A stretch of 32,482 nucleotides of DNA from a virus (Duplodnaviria > Caudoviricetes): the IMG/VR virus record IMGVR_UViG_3300031453_000079, positions 1-32,482 of that record. One strand, written 5' to 3'. Positions 1 to 8,798 of this stretch are shown in pieces. Position numbers and translations under genes: made by a program. Numbering within the stretch: position 1 is the stretch's first letter; each line of letters starts with the position of its first letter. Under the pieces are notes generated by a model that saw only the letters and a program-made list of their open reading frames with translations, did no database searches and had not been told where the DNA came from.

Positions 1-1233
1 TCACTCTTTCACCTTCGCCGCCTTCCGTTCCGCTCGCGCTTGATCACGGGGCTTTGCGGCGTGGAACGTCGCCAGGATTAGCTGGCGTCCGCCCGAGGCC
101 GACTTCACCACGGCCTGCCATAGCCCGCCGGCGATGCGGCTGAAGATCGACCGGTGCCGATCGCGGCCTTCGTCGACAACCCGGCCTTTGTCGAGCGCTT
201 CCTGCACCAGCGCGAAGGTCTCGGCCGTGACGGCGCGGTCGCCGACATGCTTGGCCACCTTGGTCCGCATCGTGGCGTTCGATACCTGAACGATCCTGGC
301 CTCGGCGCCGAGTGCCTCGACCAAGGCCGGCGGCGCCACCGCCACCGGCATGAACACGGTCTCGGGAAGCGCCATCATGACCCGCGGCATGTCCGAGGCG
401 GCGATCGCCGCGATGGCGGTGCGGGCGTCGGCCTCGCTGGCCGCCTCGAGCTGCTGGGTCACGCGGGTCAGCAGCGTCTGGGCGCGATCGAGGCCGGGGT
501 TGCCGCCCCAGCCCGGGTCGATCCCCGCTGGCACGCTCGTGACCTCGCCGGTGCGGCTGTTGGTGAAGGTGCGGGATGGCCCGTTGTCGGGCACGGCGTC
601 CGTGTAGAAGATCCCGTTGGGCTCGCGCGTCGCGGTGAGCAGCCTGTCGCGCTCGCGGGCCGTGATCTGCCGGATCGAGCACTTGCACCCCCAGCCGTTG
701 GGCGGCCAATGTGTCGACCACCACGGATCGTCGATCGGCAGGATGATGCCGACCCAGGTCAGGTGCTCGAGGCGCGGCTCCGCCGAGGCGGTGCGGACGT
801 AGAGCACGTAGGGGAACGCCGCCTTGGTGCGCTGCGCCCGGTTCCACTGCCCGGCCGAGCGAGCCGACGCCATGTTGGCCTGGAAGATGGTGCGCAGGCG
901 CCGCGGCCCAGTGAAGTCGACGTCGCGCGGCGGCTGTTGGCCGGTCGGGTCGGCGACGGGCTTCGGCATGTCCCAACCGATGGCGGCCAGCTGCGGCATC
1001 AGGCCGGCCCGCCAGGTCTCGAACGTCTGCCCCTTAGCCAGCGCCTCGGAGATCGAGCCCTTGAAGGTGTTGAGCAGCTCGAGTTCGACCGCCTTCGCGA
1101 CCGTGAACGCGTAGGCGTGCTCCTGTCCCCAGACGTCCTGCCACGAGAAGCCCGGCTTGAGCAGCTTCTGGTCAAAGAAGTCTGTGACCTCGGCCGGTGT
1201 CTTGAACTCCGAGGTGCTGGAGGGGCTGCTCAT
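1..1233 (-). CDS. Mu gp30/F-like head morphogenesis (MuF) protein with C-terminal extension
   Basis: Motifs FSWQDVW, EHAYAFTVAK, RRLRTIFQAN, PRLEH, DDPWW..HWPPNGWGCKC, GIDPGW..NPG. ATG at 1233 chosen over the longer ORF start. Confidence 0.9.
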   Translation of the reverse strand: MSSPSSTSEFKTPAEVTDFFDQKLLKPGFSWQDVWGQEHAYAFTVAKAVELELLNTFKGSISEALAKGQTFETWRAGLMPQLAAIGWDMPKPVADPTGQQPPRDVDFTGPRRLRTIFQANMASARSAGQWNRAQRTKAAFPYVLYVRTASAEPRLEHLTWVGIILPIDDPWWSTHWPPNGWGCKCSIRQITARERDRLLTATREPNGIFYTDAVPDNGPSRTFTNSRTGEVTSVPAGIDPGWGGNPGLDRAQTLLTRVTQQLEAASEADARTAIAAIAASDMPRVMMALPETVFMPVAVAPPALVEALGAEARIVQVSNATMRTKVAKHVGDRAVTAETFALVQEALDKGRVVDEGRDRHRSIFSRIAGGLWQAVVKSASGGRQLILATFHAAKPRDQARAERKAAKVKE

Positions 1234-1304
1234 CGCCGTGCTACTGTAAGATGCCAAGGAAGAGGTTTGGAAGCCTCTGGCGCAGCGAGCTGGGACGGGC
1301 ACCG

Positions 1305-2057
1305 ATGAGCGGCAGTGCACGATTGAAGATCGAGCGGGCGGGCACGCACATGGAAGAGTTGGAGCGGCTTCTCGCGACCGAGAAGCCCTACTTCTACGTT
1401 GTCGACACCGACTGGTCTGAAAAGAAGCGATACACCCAGGCCCGAGCCGTGCAGCCCGTTCTGGATCGTGCCAGCACCATTTGCGGTGACGTCGTCCATA
1501 ATCTTCGCACCGCCCTCGATCATGCCTTTTGGGAGCGTGTTTCCCCCTTCACGATGGACGACAAAGAGCGGAAGCAGATCCAATTCCCGTTCACCCAAGA
1601 CGTCGCAAAGCTTCCTAAGCTTCTTGAGAGCAAGCTCGCCAATCGCGTGGGCGCTGCCTTCGTGCAGGCTTTGACCGCGCTGGGACCCCATGGTGGATCT
1701 GGCGGCAATGAGGATCTGTGCCTCATTGATGCGCTCGACATCATGGACAAACATCGACTGCTCATTCCATTCTTCGACAAAAAGGAAATCCTGTTTTCCG
1801 AACTCAGGAGACAGATCCCTGATTTCACATACGACACTGTCGGATCAATCCGAGCCAGCGCAAGCGGGCGCGATGTCGGGTGGCCGCTGCCTGCAGGAGC
1901 AACAGTTATCGAAATGCGCTTCCAAATGAAGGTGCTCGACATCGCGGTCGACACCTATCTGACAATGCCGGGAAAGGGTGCGCAGCCGGTTATCCCAACA
2001 TTGCAACGGCTCCATCGCGCGGCTGCCGCCGCTGAAAAGGTCGTCCGCGAAACTTGA
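1305..2057 (+). CDS. Moron: uncharacterised helical protein, possibly HEPN-like
   Basis: Opposite strand and visibly lower GC than flanks. Motifs RLKIERA..H, GDVVHNLRTALDH, QFPF, LDIMDKHR. Start uncertain (1251 or 1305). Confidence 0.75.
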   Translation: MSGSARLKIERAGTHMEELERLLATEKPYFYVVDTDWSEKKRYTQARAVQPVLDRASTICGDVVHNLRTALDHAFWERVSPFTMDDKERKQIQFPFTQDVAKLPKLLESKLANRVGAAFVQALTALGPHGGSGGNEDLCLIDALDIMDKHRLLIPFFDKKEILFSELRRQIPDFTYDTVGSIRASASGRDVGWPLPAGATVIEMRFQMKVLDIAVDTYLTMPGKGAQPVIPTLQRLHRAAAAAEKVVRET

Positions 2058-2073
2058 TCTGCGGGTCATAACT

Positions 2074-3726
2074 TTAATCCATCACGTCGCCGATGCCCCG
2101 CGCCTTGGCGGTGGCGGCGGCGAGCCGCTCGAGCAGCGCCGAGCCGTCCGGCCCGCGGCGGGCGATCATGGCCAGCGCCTCGTCGAAGCTCTTGGCCCGG
2201 CTCGCAGCCAGCAGCAGCGGCCCGAGCAGCGGGTCGGTTACCTCCTGCCAGCCCTCGAGCGCGGCCGCCATCGCGGCCTCGGTCTCCTCGAGACCGTCAG
2301 GCAGGGCTCCGGCCGGGTCGGCCGCCAGCCGTGCCGGCAGCGCAAGGCACGGCCCGCACTGGCATCTGCCCACGTGCGCCAGCGCCCGCAGTCCCTCCGG
2401 CGCGGCTGGCGGGTTCGGCGGCTGAGGCCCGCTCGGCCCCTTTCCAGTCCCGGGCGGCCCACCGGGTGCCGGCGGGGGTGCGGCCGGCGGCGGTTTCGCT
2501 TGCTCGAGCAGCTCGTCGGCCTCCTCGGGCTCGCTCAGGCCGAGCTTGCCCCGGATCTCGCCGGCCGAGACCTTGAGCCCGAGCGGCACCAGCATCTGCA
2601 GGGCGCCCGACAGCGCCGTGATGTCCTCGGGCTCGGCCACCGGAAAGGTGACGCGCGGATAGCTCGGCTGCGGGCCGAAATTGAACGCCACGAAGGGCGC
2701 GATCAGATCGCGCGACAGGGTGCGGCCGGTGGCCTTGCCTTCGGCCCGCAGGATGTCGAGCCGGACCTCGTTGTGCACCACGGCCTGGCTCTGCGAGGCG
2801 CCGTCGTCGGCCGTCATGGTCTGCCCGACGATGATCTTGGAGATTGCCTTGTCGACGTAGTTGATCAGCTCGCCGAACACGGCCGAGCCATGCGTGCCCT
2901 GCACCTGCTCGAACTCGATCTCCATGCCGATCGGGATCACGGCCGCGGCGTCGCTGGCGATCCCGCGCACCGCCCGCAACAGCGTGCGGACGTCGTCTTT
3001 CGAGGCGTTCGCGGCGTATTTGCCGACCCGCAGCGGCAGCCCGTAGACCTCGGAGAACGCCGCCCAGTCCTTGAGCGCGAAGCTCTGCAGCATGAAGGCC
3101 CAGGCGGCCGAGCGCGCCACGCCGCCGCGGATCGGCACGCCCATGCGCGAGCGCGGCACGTGCTGGATGAACTTGTAGGGCTGCAGCGGCACGCCCTCGT
3201 AATCCCACTCCACCGCGAGCCTGAGGTCCGAGAGGGTGACCCGGTCGACCACGAAGAAGCGCGGGTCCCGCCAGCGATAGTCGACGGGCTTCAGCAGGCC
3301 GTCCTGATAGTCCCAGATGATCTCCGAAACGCTGTAGCCCTTGCCGATCCCGTCCTGCAGCGTGGTGACCATCTCGGTGAAGTTGGGGTCCTCGACCAGG
3401 CCGTTGACGGCGTCGACGATCTTGGCGGACGTGCCCTCCGGCGCCTCGACGGCCGGCGTGATGGCGTCGATGGCGAGGCGCCGCGTTTGCAGCTGCGCCC
3501 CGTAATGCAGGTAGCGCTCCTCCATCTCCTCGGCGAGGGTCAGGTACTGGCGGGCGTAGCCATCGGCCGCGGCCCGCAGCATGGCGGCCAGCGTCTCCGG
3601 CGTGAGGCCGGAGGCGACGCCCTCGCGGCGAACCGAGCGCACGCCCCATTCGGTGGCGGCCGCCACCTCGCGGGCAAGGTCGGCCGCCGAGACAGGCGCG
3701 CCGTCGGGACCGAGGATCTGGCTCAC
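2074..3726 (-). CDS. Portal protein (Mu gp29 / DUF935)
   Basis: LAEEMEER, KDWAAFSEVYGLPLRVGKY, SKIIVGQTMT, A.VHNEVR. GTG start overlaps the terminase stop. Confidence 0.93.
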   Translation of the reverse strand: MSQILGPDGAPVSAADLAREVAAATEWGVRSVRREGVASGLTPETLAAMLRAAADGYARQYLTLAEEMEERYLHYGAQLQTRRLAIDAITPAVEAPEGTSAKIVDAVNGLVEDPNFTEMVTTLQDGIGKGYSVSEIIWDYQDGLLKPVDYRWRDPRFFVVDRVTLSDLRLAVEWDYEGVPLQPYKFIQHVPRSRMGVPIRGGVARSAAWAFMLQSFALKDWAAFSEVYGLPLRVGKYAANASKDDVRTLLRAVRGIASDAAAVIPIGMEIEFEQVQGTHGSAVFGELINYVDKAISKIIVGQTMTADDGASQSQAVVHNEVRLDILRAEGKATGRTLSRDLIAPFVAFNFGPQPSYPRVTFPVAEPEDITALSGALQMLVPLGLKVSAGEIRGKLGLSEPEEADELLEQAKPPPAAPPPAPGGPPGTGKGPSGPQPPNPPAAPEGLRALAHVGRCQCGPCLALPARLAADPAGALPDGLEETEAAMAAALEGWQEVTDPLLGPLLLAASRAKSFDEALAMIARRGPDGSALLERLAAATAKARGIGDVMD

Positions 3727-5309
3727 CACAGCGCGCGCCCTCCGGTGTCGCCGAAGCCGAGGCCGACGCCGTCGGCCAGCAGCTCCTCGGCCTCCCGGCC
3801 GTAGACCGGCATGTAGCCGAAGCGGACGGGGTCGTTGCGGCTCGCCGCATAGGCCAGCACGCCGGCCACGAAGGCATCGCAGTGACGCTTGGCGCCACCT
3901 TCCGCCATGCGGCGCAGCGGCGGGATCGTCGGGATACCGGCCTTGTAGACCGGCGTGGCGAGATCGCCGACGATGTCGGCGTCGGCCGGCACCGTGATCA
4001 TGCCGTCCTCGAAAGCCGCCTTGAAGGGCGCCACCTCGGCGAGATACCAGCCGCTGGACAGCTTCACCTCCTCGACCAGGTGCTCGCCGAACTCCTGGAG
4101 GCAGACCTCGGCCAGGTAGGCGCCGTTGCCGGTACCGTCGAGCTTCACGCCCTGCAGCCGCGGCAGCCGCTTGAGAATGTAGAACAGCACTTGCCGTTGC
4201 TGCTCGAACGGCACGTTGCCGAGCTCGACGATGAAGGGCGTGCGGCGCACCAGCGTGCGCGAGATGGCGAGCGGCCACAGCACGGTGAGATCGGAGACGC
4301 GGCCGAAGTCCTCGCCGAGCGCGTGACCCTCCCCCTTGTCGAGCTCGCCCAGGATCGGCCCCAGTTCGCGCTCGCACCAGTCGTCGATCTCGGCCTCGCG
4401 ATAGTCCTTGGCCAGCATCTTGAAGGCCGCCGGCTTCGTCAGCCGGATCACGGGCACGTCGGGCCGAGCGCGGGCCTCGACGAGGGCGCGGGGCAGCACC
4501 ACGCCGCCGCCGGAGGACGGCACGCAATAGAGCTCCTCGTCGGCGCCGTCGCCGTAGCGGGCGATCAGCGTCTCGCGCCACTCCGCCTCGCCTTCGGCCG
4601 ACCACTCGTGCTTGCCGACCAGGCAGATGCGCTCGTAGAGCCCATCCTCGAGCGCCTGGTCGAGGTCGAAGCGCACCAGGCCGTAGGGCAGCCGGCCGGA
4701 GCGCACGTCGTTGACGAGCTCCGCGAAGGCGTTGGCGGCGCCATTGTGGGTCGAGATGATCAACACCTTGCCGCCCCAGATCAGGAACGCCAGGGCGGCT
4801 TGCAGCAGGGCCTTCAGATTGTCGACGAAGGCCGCCTCGTCGAGCACCGCGAAGCCCTGGCGACCGCGCAAGCTACGCGGCTTCGACGACAGCGCCACGA
4901 TGGAGAAGTCGCCGAAGTCGATCGCCGTTGCCTTGATGCCGTCCTCGGAACCGTCGTCGAACAGCGTCTCGCCGACGCTTTTCACCACCTTCTCGAAGGC
5001 GCGTGCCCAGAAGGCACAAGCGTCGACGAACTCCTTCGCCATGTCGGCGCTGGTGCCCATGTAGAGCGTGTCCATGCCGCCCTCGCCGCGTCGCCCCGAG
5101 GAGCGCAGCACGGCGGAAGCCGCCGCCCCGAAGGTGGCGCCGGTGCGCCGGCTCTTCTCGACCACGACCACGTCGTTGGCCTCGCAGCTCCATTCCATCT
5201 CGCGCTGATAGCGCAGCAGCAGGTCGGTGGTGGCCCAGTCGTCCGAGGTGGCGCGGCCCTGCAGACGGCGCTGCTCGGCCCAATCGGCGCGCCCGATGTC
5301 GCGCCCCAT
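3723..5309 (-). CDS. Terminase large subunit (Mu gp28-like)
   Basis: EKSRRTGAT (Walker A), LRGRQG..VLDEAAF (Walker B), IISTHNG, nuclease motifs GEDFGRVSDLT and HCD. Confidence 0.93.
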   Translation of the reverse strand: MGRDIGRADWAEQRRLQGRATSDDWATTDLLLRYQREMEWSCEANDVVVVEKSRRTGATFGAAASAVLRSSGRRGEGGMDTLYMGTSADMAKEFVDACAFWARAFEKVVKSVGETLFDDGSEDGIKATAIDFGDFSIVALSSKPRSLRGRQGFAVLDEAAFVDNLKALLQAALAFLIWGGKVLIISTHNGAANAFAELVNDVRSGRLPYGLVRFDLDQALEDGLYERICLVGKHEWSAEGEAEWRETLIARYGDGADEELYCVPSSGGGVVLPRALVEARARPDVPVIRLTKPAAFKMLAKDYREAEIDDWCERELGPILGELDKGEGHALGEDFGRVSDLTVLWPLAISRTLVRRTPFIVELGNVPFEQQRQVLFYILKRLPRLQGVKLDGTGNGAYLAEVCLQEFGEHLVEEVKLSSGWYLAEVAPFKAAFEDGMITVPADADIVGDLATPVYKAGIPTIPPLRRMAEGGAKRHCDAFVAGVLAYAASRNDPVRFGYMPVYGREAEELLADGVGLGFGDTGGRALW

Positions 5310-5954
5310 CTAAACACGCCCCTTGCCGGGCGCAGCCACGCCGAACAGGTCGCGGCGCAGATCCTGGCGGACCTCGTCGGAGAGCCCCTTGGCCTTGGCC
5401 ACCTGGTCGATCGCCTTGCCGGCCTTTTCCGCGAATTCGGTCTCGAGCTTGCGGCGGCGGTCGGCCGAGACGGCCTGGCTGCGGATCACCGCCAGGTGGG
5501 CGCTGGCCAGCTCCATGGCGCCCTTGGTGCCGATCTCGGCGCCGTCGTTCTGCACGATCTCGAAGATCAGCAGCTTGATGAACTCGCCCAGCACCACGGT
5601 CTGCTGGTCGACCTTGTCGGCCGTGAACTGCGGTGCCACGCCCTCGAAGATGGCCCGCGCCTCGGCAAGCCGGTGCGACATGGCGGCGAGGCGGACGGAC
5701 GCGCGGTTGAAGGCCGATTTCGACACGGGTTCCAGCCCCTTGTCGACGAGGCGTCCGTTGAACTCGTGCAGGATGTCGCCTTGCGTCTTGTCGCGCTTCG
5801 ACAGTTCGACGCGCGCCCAGGCCACGTCCTCCTGGGCCTCCTCGGGCAACAGGTCGAGCGAGGACAGCCGGCCGCGGCCGGCACGCTTCTCCCGGTCGGC
5901 GCCGCTCGGAACACCGGCGGCGCGCGGCTCCCGCCGATCGGCCTCGTCGCTCAC
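5310..5954 (-). CDS. Mu gp27 / DUF3486 protein (putative terminase small subunit)
   Basis: GRGRLSSLDLLPEE and SKSAFNR motifs; directly upstream of the large terminase. Confidence 0.88.
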   Translation of the reverse strand: MSDEADRREPRAAGVPSGADREKRAGRGRLSSLDLLPEEAQEDVAWARVELSKRDKTQGDILHEFNGRLVDKGLEPVSKSAFNRASVRLAAMSHRLAEARAIFEGVAPQFTADKVDQQTVVLGEFIKLLIFEIVQNDGAEIGTKGAMELASAHLAVIRSQAVSADRRRKLETEFAEKAGKAIDQVAKAKGLSDEVRQDLRRDLFGVAAPGKGRV

Positions 5955-6250
5955 TCGCCCGGCTCGGGGCGCCGCACGCCGTCGACGAAGACGCGGCGCG
6001 TGACGTGGTCCTGGCCGGCGCGGGTCAGCTCGGCCACCATCACGGCATCGGTGTCGACCACGAGCGCCACGGCGCCGAGCGCCACCAGGGCGCGCATCTG
6101 GGTCCGCACCGGGTCCAGCGCCCGGCGATGGCCCCAGTTGTCGAGCTCCTCGACCAGCATGCGGTCACTGAGGCGGCCGTCGGTCTGTTTGGCCAGTGCC
6201 TGCAGGATGCGCAGGCGGGCGTCCTTGTCGAGGTGGGCGGTGAAGCTCAT
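5951..6250 (-). CDS. Mu gp26-like winged-helix protein
   Basis: DARLRILQAL...VAELTRAGQDHV..GVRRPEP; synteny; ATG 6250 overlaps the upstream stop. Confidence 0.8.
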   Translation of the reverse strand: MSFTAHLDKDARLRILQALAKQTDGRLSDRMLVEELDNWGHRRALDPVRTQMRALVALGAVALVVDTDAVMVAELTRAGQDHVTRRVFVDGVRRPEPGE

Positions 6251-6651
6251 GTCGGATCCTTGTTGATCAGGTGATCTAGGATGCGCTCCACGCTCCGGCC
6301 CGTGGCGGTCGTGGTCGTGGCGATCAGTTTCATGTCGCCCTTCAGCTCGGTGACCTGGACCTCGAGCTTGTTCACGCTGTCCTTGCTGGGCAGGGCCGCC
6401 ATCATGGTCCTGATCTGCGCCACGGAATGCTCGACCTCCCTGACGCGGTCGGCCGTGCCCTTCACGTCCACTTTGAGCTGCAGGACGTCGGCGCCGATAG
6501 CGTCGGTGCTCTCGCGGTCGGTCCGGTGGTCGCCCGATCCCGGCGCAGCGGCGGGCACCGCCACCGGCCGGCGCAACTGCACCACGAAGGCGAGCCCGAA
6601 CAGCCCCACGATGCCGCCCAGCACGGCCATGGCGGTCTGAAAATCCGTCAT
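6247..6651 (-). CDS. DUF2730-like membrane-anchored coiled-coil protein
   Basis: N-terminal hydrophobic helix, LPSKDSVNKLEVQVTELKG, ERILDHL; position upstream of gp26. Confidence 0.7.
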   Translation of the reverse strand: MTDFQTAMAVLGGIVGLFGLAFVVQLRRPVAVPAAAPGSGDHRTDRESTDAIGADVLQLKVDVKGTADRVREVEHSVAQIRTMMAALPSKDSVNKLEVQVTELKGDMKLIATTTTATGRSVERILDHLINKDPT

Positions 6652-7067
6652 CGCTCCCCCTCCGTGGTGAGCCGGGACCGCCGCGCGGCCGGCTCCGGCA
6701 GCGCCGCCACCACCTGGCGCAGCATGGCAATCAGCCGCTGGCGCTGGCCGCGCAGCAGCGCGAGCTGCACCCGGTCCTGCTCCATCTCGTCCTGCAGCCG
6801 GCCGCGGTTGAGGCTCTCGTCTTCCAGCCTCTTGCGCAGCGCCGCTTCCGTGGCCCTGAGGTCGGCGATCAAGGCCAGGCACTGCAGCTGGAACTGCGCC
6901 TGCCGGGCCTCGGTGCTCAGCGTCCCCCACAGCCCCTTGAAATGGGCCAGCAGGATGAGGGCGAGCGTCACCCCGACGATGGCGCCCGCCAGGATGGCGC
7001 CGGTGGGGCCGGAGTGCTGCAGGATGTCGAGCAGGGGGCCGAGGCCCGGGATGTCGCCGGTCGCCAT
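6648..7067 (-). CDS. Hypothetical membrane protein with coiled coil (lysis region)
   Basis: One hydrophobic segment followed by a heptad-rich region; stop overlaps the next start. Confidence 0.7.
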   Translation of the reverse strand: MATGDIPGLGPLLDILQHSGPTGAILAGAIVGVTLALILLAHFKGLWGTLSTEARQAQFQLQCLALIADLRATEAALRKRLEDESLNRGRLQDEMEQDRVQLALLRGQRQRLIAMLRQVVAALPEPAARRSRLTTEGER

Positions 7068-7070
7068 CGG

Positions 7071-7493
7071 TCAGCCGAGCCGGAGCGCGCGCCCGCTCAC
7101 GTAGATGGCGCCGGTCAGCGCCATGAGGCCGATCAGCCCATAGGTCCAGGTGCCCGGCACGATGCCGTCGCGCGACAGCGAGATAGAGACGCAAAGCCAG
7201 TACCAGGCCGACAAGAGGCAGGCGGCGGCCCGCAGCTTGATGAGGTCGGGGGCGAACAGCCCGGCCAGGTGCAGCAGCACGATGGTGCCGCCGAAGACGA
7301 TCCACACGGCATCCGGCGCCCATTGCAGGCCGGTGAAGCTGCCCTGGTCGAACACAGCCGGCCGCAGCGTCATCATCGAGAACCAGCAGCCCGCCACGGC
7401 GCCGAGCAACAGGTCGATGCCGGGTACCGGGGGCGAGAAGGCCCAGTCGACGCCGGCGAGCAGCGGCGACACGGCGGCCGACAGGCGGCGCAT
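7071..7493 (-). CDS. Hypothetical multi-pass membrane protein
   Basis: About four hydrophobic segments; tightly packed in the operon; start approximate. Confidence 0.7.
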   Translation of the reverse strand: MRRLSAAVSPLLAGVDWAFSPPVPGIDLLLGAVAGCWFSMMTLRPAVFDQGSFTGLQWAPDAVWIVFGGTIVLLHLAGLFAPDLIKLRAAACLLSAWYWLCVSISLSRDGIVPGTWTYGLIGLMALTGAIYVSGRALRLG

Positions 7494-7503
7494 CGGCACG
7501 GCC

Positions 7504-8217
7504 TCAGCGCCCGCCGCGCGCCGGCCCGGCCGCATGGTCGAGCGCCGGCGTCTCGCCGGGATTGCCCGAGAACGACGCCTCGCCGAGGTCGAGCACCGGA
7601 TTGGCGCTGAGGACATGGCCCAGCATCTTGATCACGATGCCCTCGACCACGCTCTGCCCGAAGCCGAGCCGGGCCAGGGCGCCGGCCGGGCCGGGCATGC
7701 GCTCCATCGTCCAGCTGACGCCCTTGGCGATGATCTGCAGCCGCCTGGCCGGCGTGATGCGGTCGTCGACCGCGACCTCGAGGTCGTGGAAGCCCTTGTA
7801 GACGCCGGTCAGCGCCGTCTGCCGGACCTGCGCCTCGAGTTCCGACGTCACCCTGACCTTGGTATAGGCCCGGACCTCCTTGGCGATCCAGGCGACCGCG
7901 GCCGCCACCACGGTGGCGGCCGCCGGCGCGATGGCGCCGTTGATGCCGCCCCAGAAGCCGGCGTCGCCGGCCGGCGCCGCGATGGCCTGGGCAAAGGCCG
8001 CGGGGGCGGCCAGCAGGGCGAGACCGGCGCCGAGCAGCAGCGCGAGCCACGACCCCGGCCGCCGGCAATCCACCAGGATCATCACGGCGAGCACAAGGCC
8101 GACCAGTGCCCAGGTGGTAACGAGCGCCCCTGCCTGGATCAGGTGGAGGCCGAACAGCACGGCCGCGCCGAGCAGCACGGCCAGGGTGACGATGACGAAC
8201 GGGACGGGACCCTTCAT
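7504..8217 (-). CDS. Putative holin-like membrane protein
   Basis: Several N-terminal hydrophobic segments then an amphipathic soluble domain; lysis-region position; GAGG upstream of ATG 8217. Confidence 0.55.
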   Translation of the reverse strand: MKGPVPFVIVTLAVLLGAAVLFGLHLIQAGALVTTWALVGLVLAVMILVDCRRPGSWLALLLGAGLALLAAPAAFAQAIAAPAGDAGFWGGINGAIAPAAATVVAAAVAWIAKEVRAYTKVRVTSELEAQVRQTALTGVYKGFHDLEVAVDDRITPARRLQIIAKGVSWTMERMPGPAGALARLGFGQSVVEGIVIKMLGHVLSANPVLDLGEASFSGNPGETPALDHAAGPARGGR

Positions 8218-8245
8218 GGGACGGAACCTCGCGGGGGGAACAGGA

Positions 8246-8270
8246 GGGACGGGCACGACGCGCCCGTCCC
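8246..8270 (-). terminator. GC-rich intergenic hairpin, possible weak terminator
   Basis: gggacgggc-N7-gcccgtccc between two genes; poor U-tract. Confidence 0.3.
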
Positions 8271-8287
8271 GGATGCGGACGTGACGG

Positions 8288-8686
8288 TCAGCTCGCGGCG
8301 GTGCCGCTTGCGGCGGTGCCGCTTGCGGCGGTGCCGGTGGTGGCGGCGGGCGCGGGATCGGCAGCCGGAGCAGCCGCGGCCGCTACCGTGGTGTGCAGGG
8401 CCGCGACGGCGTCGTTCAGCGCCGTGGCGCGGGACTGCATGCTGGCCACCATCGGTCCGACGTCGTTGCCGGCGCTGGCGAGGGCGGACAGTCGCTCGAG
8501 GTCGGTCGCGTGCTGCGCCGACATGGATTTGATCTCGCCGAGGGCGGCGAGAACGGCGGAGGCTTCGGCGGCGTCGGCCGCCTTGAGGTCGTCGAGTTGG
8601 CTCATGATGGTTTGCACACCCTGCTGGATGGTCAGCAGGACCCGCCAGATGGCGGAGAAAGCCCTGCCGAGGTGGCGGAGGGTCAT
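8288..8686 (-). CDS. Hypothetical Ala-rich coiled-coil phage protein
   Basis: Strong GGAGGTG RBS before ATG 8686; first gene after the putative late promoter. Confidence 0.75.
   Translation of the reverse strand: MTLRHLGRAFSAIWRVLLTIQQGVQTIMSQLDDLKAADAAEASAVLAALGEIKSMSAQHATDLERLSALASAGNDVGPMVASMQSRATALNDAVAALHTTVAAAAAPAADPAPAATTGTAASGTAASGTAAS
8295..8336. repeat. 15-bp tandem repeat, about 2.8 copies (encodes GTAAS)
   Basis: gcggcggtgccgctt repeated at the 3' end of the 8288-8686 gene. Confidence 0.85.
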
Positions 8687-8735
8687 CGGTTCACCTCCGG
8701 TTCCGTCCCGGGAAATCCCGGAATTCGGTCGGGTG

Positions 8736-8798
8736 ACTGTGGGGCGTGCGGGTCGGTTTTTCGGGGGTGACACGTGTCACGACAGGTGTGACCGTCAC
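8736..8798 (-). promoter_or_regulatory. Putative activator-dependent late promoter
   Basis: TGACACGTGTCACCCCCGA on the minus strand, 19-nt spacer, then CACAGT; 18/19 match to the site at 24350-24368; directly downstream of the mor-like gene. Confidence 0.65.

Noticed and set aside
2340-2500. Pro-rich stretch and CQCGPC motif in the portal as an intein or inserted element
   Set aside because: No intein splice motifs; looks like a low-complexity linker before the C-terminal helical region.
1978-6266. Long + strand ORFs (608 and 794 aa) and similar ones elsewhere, such as 23985-26678 on the minus strand
   Set aside because: Antisense shadows of real genes, expected at this GC content, with no recognisable motifs.
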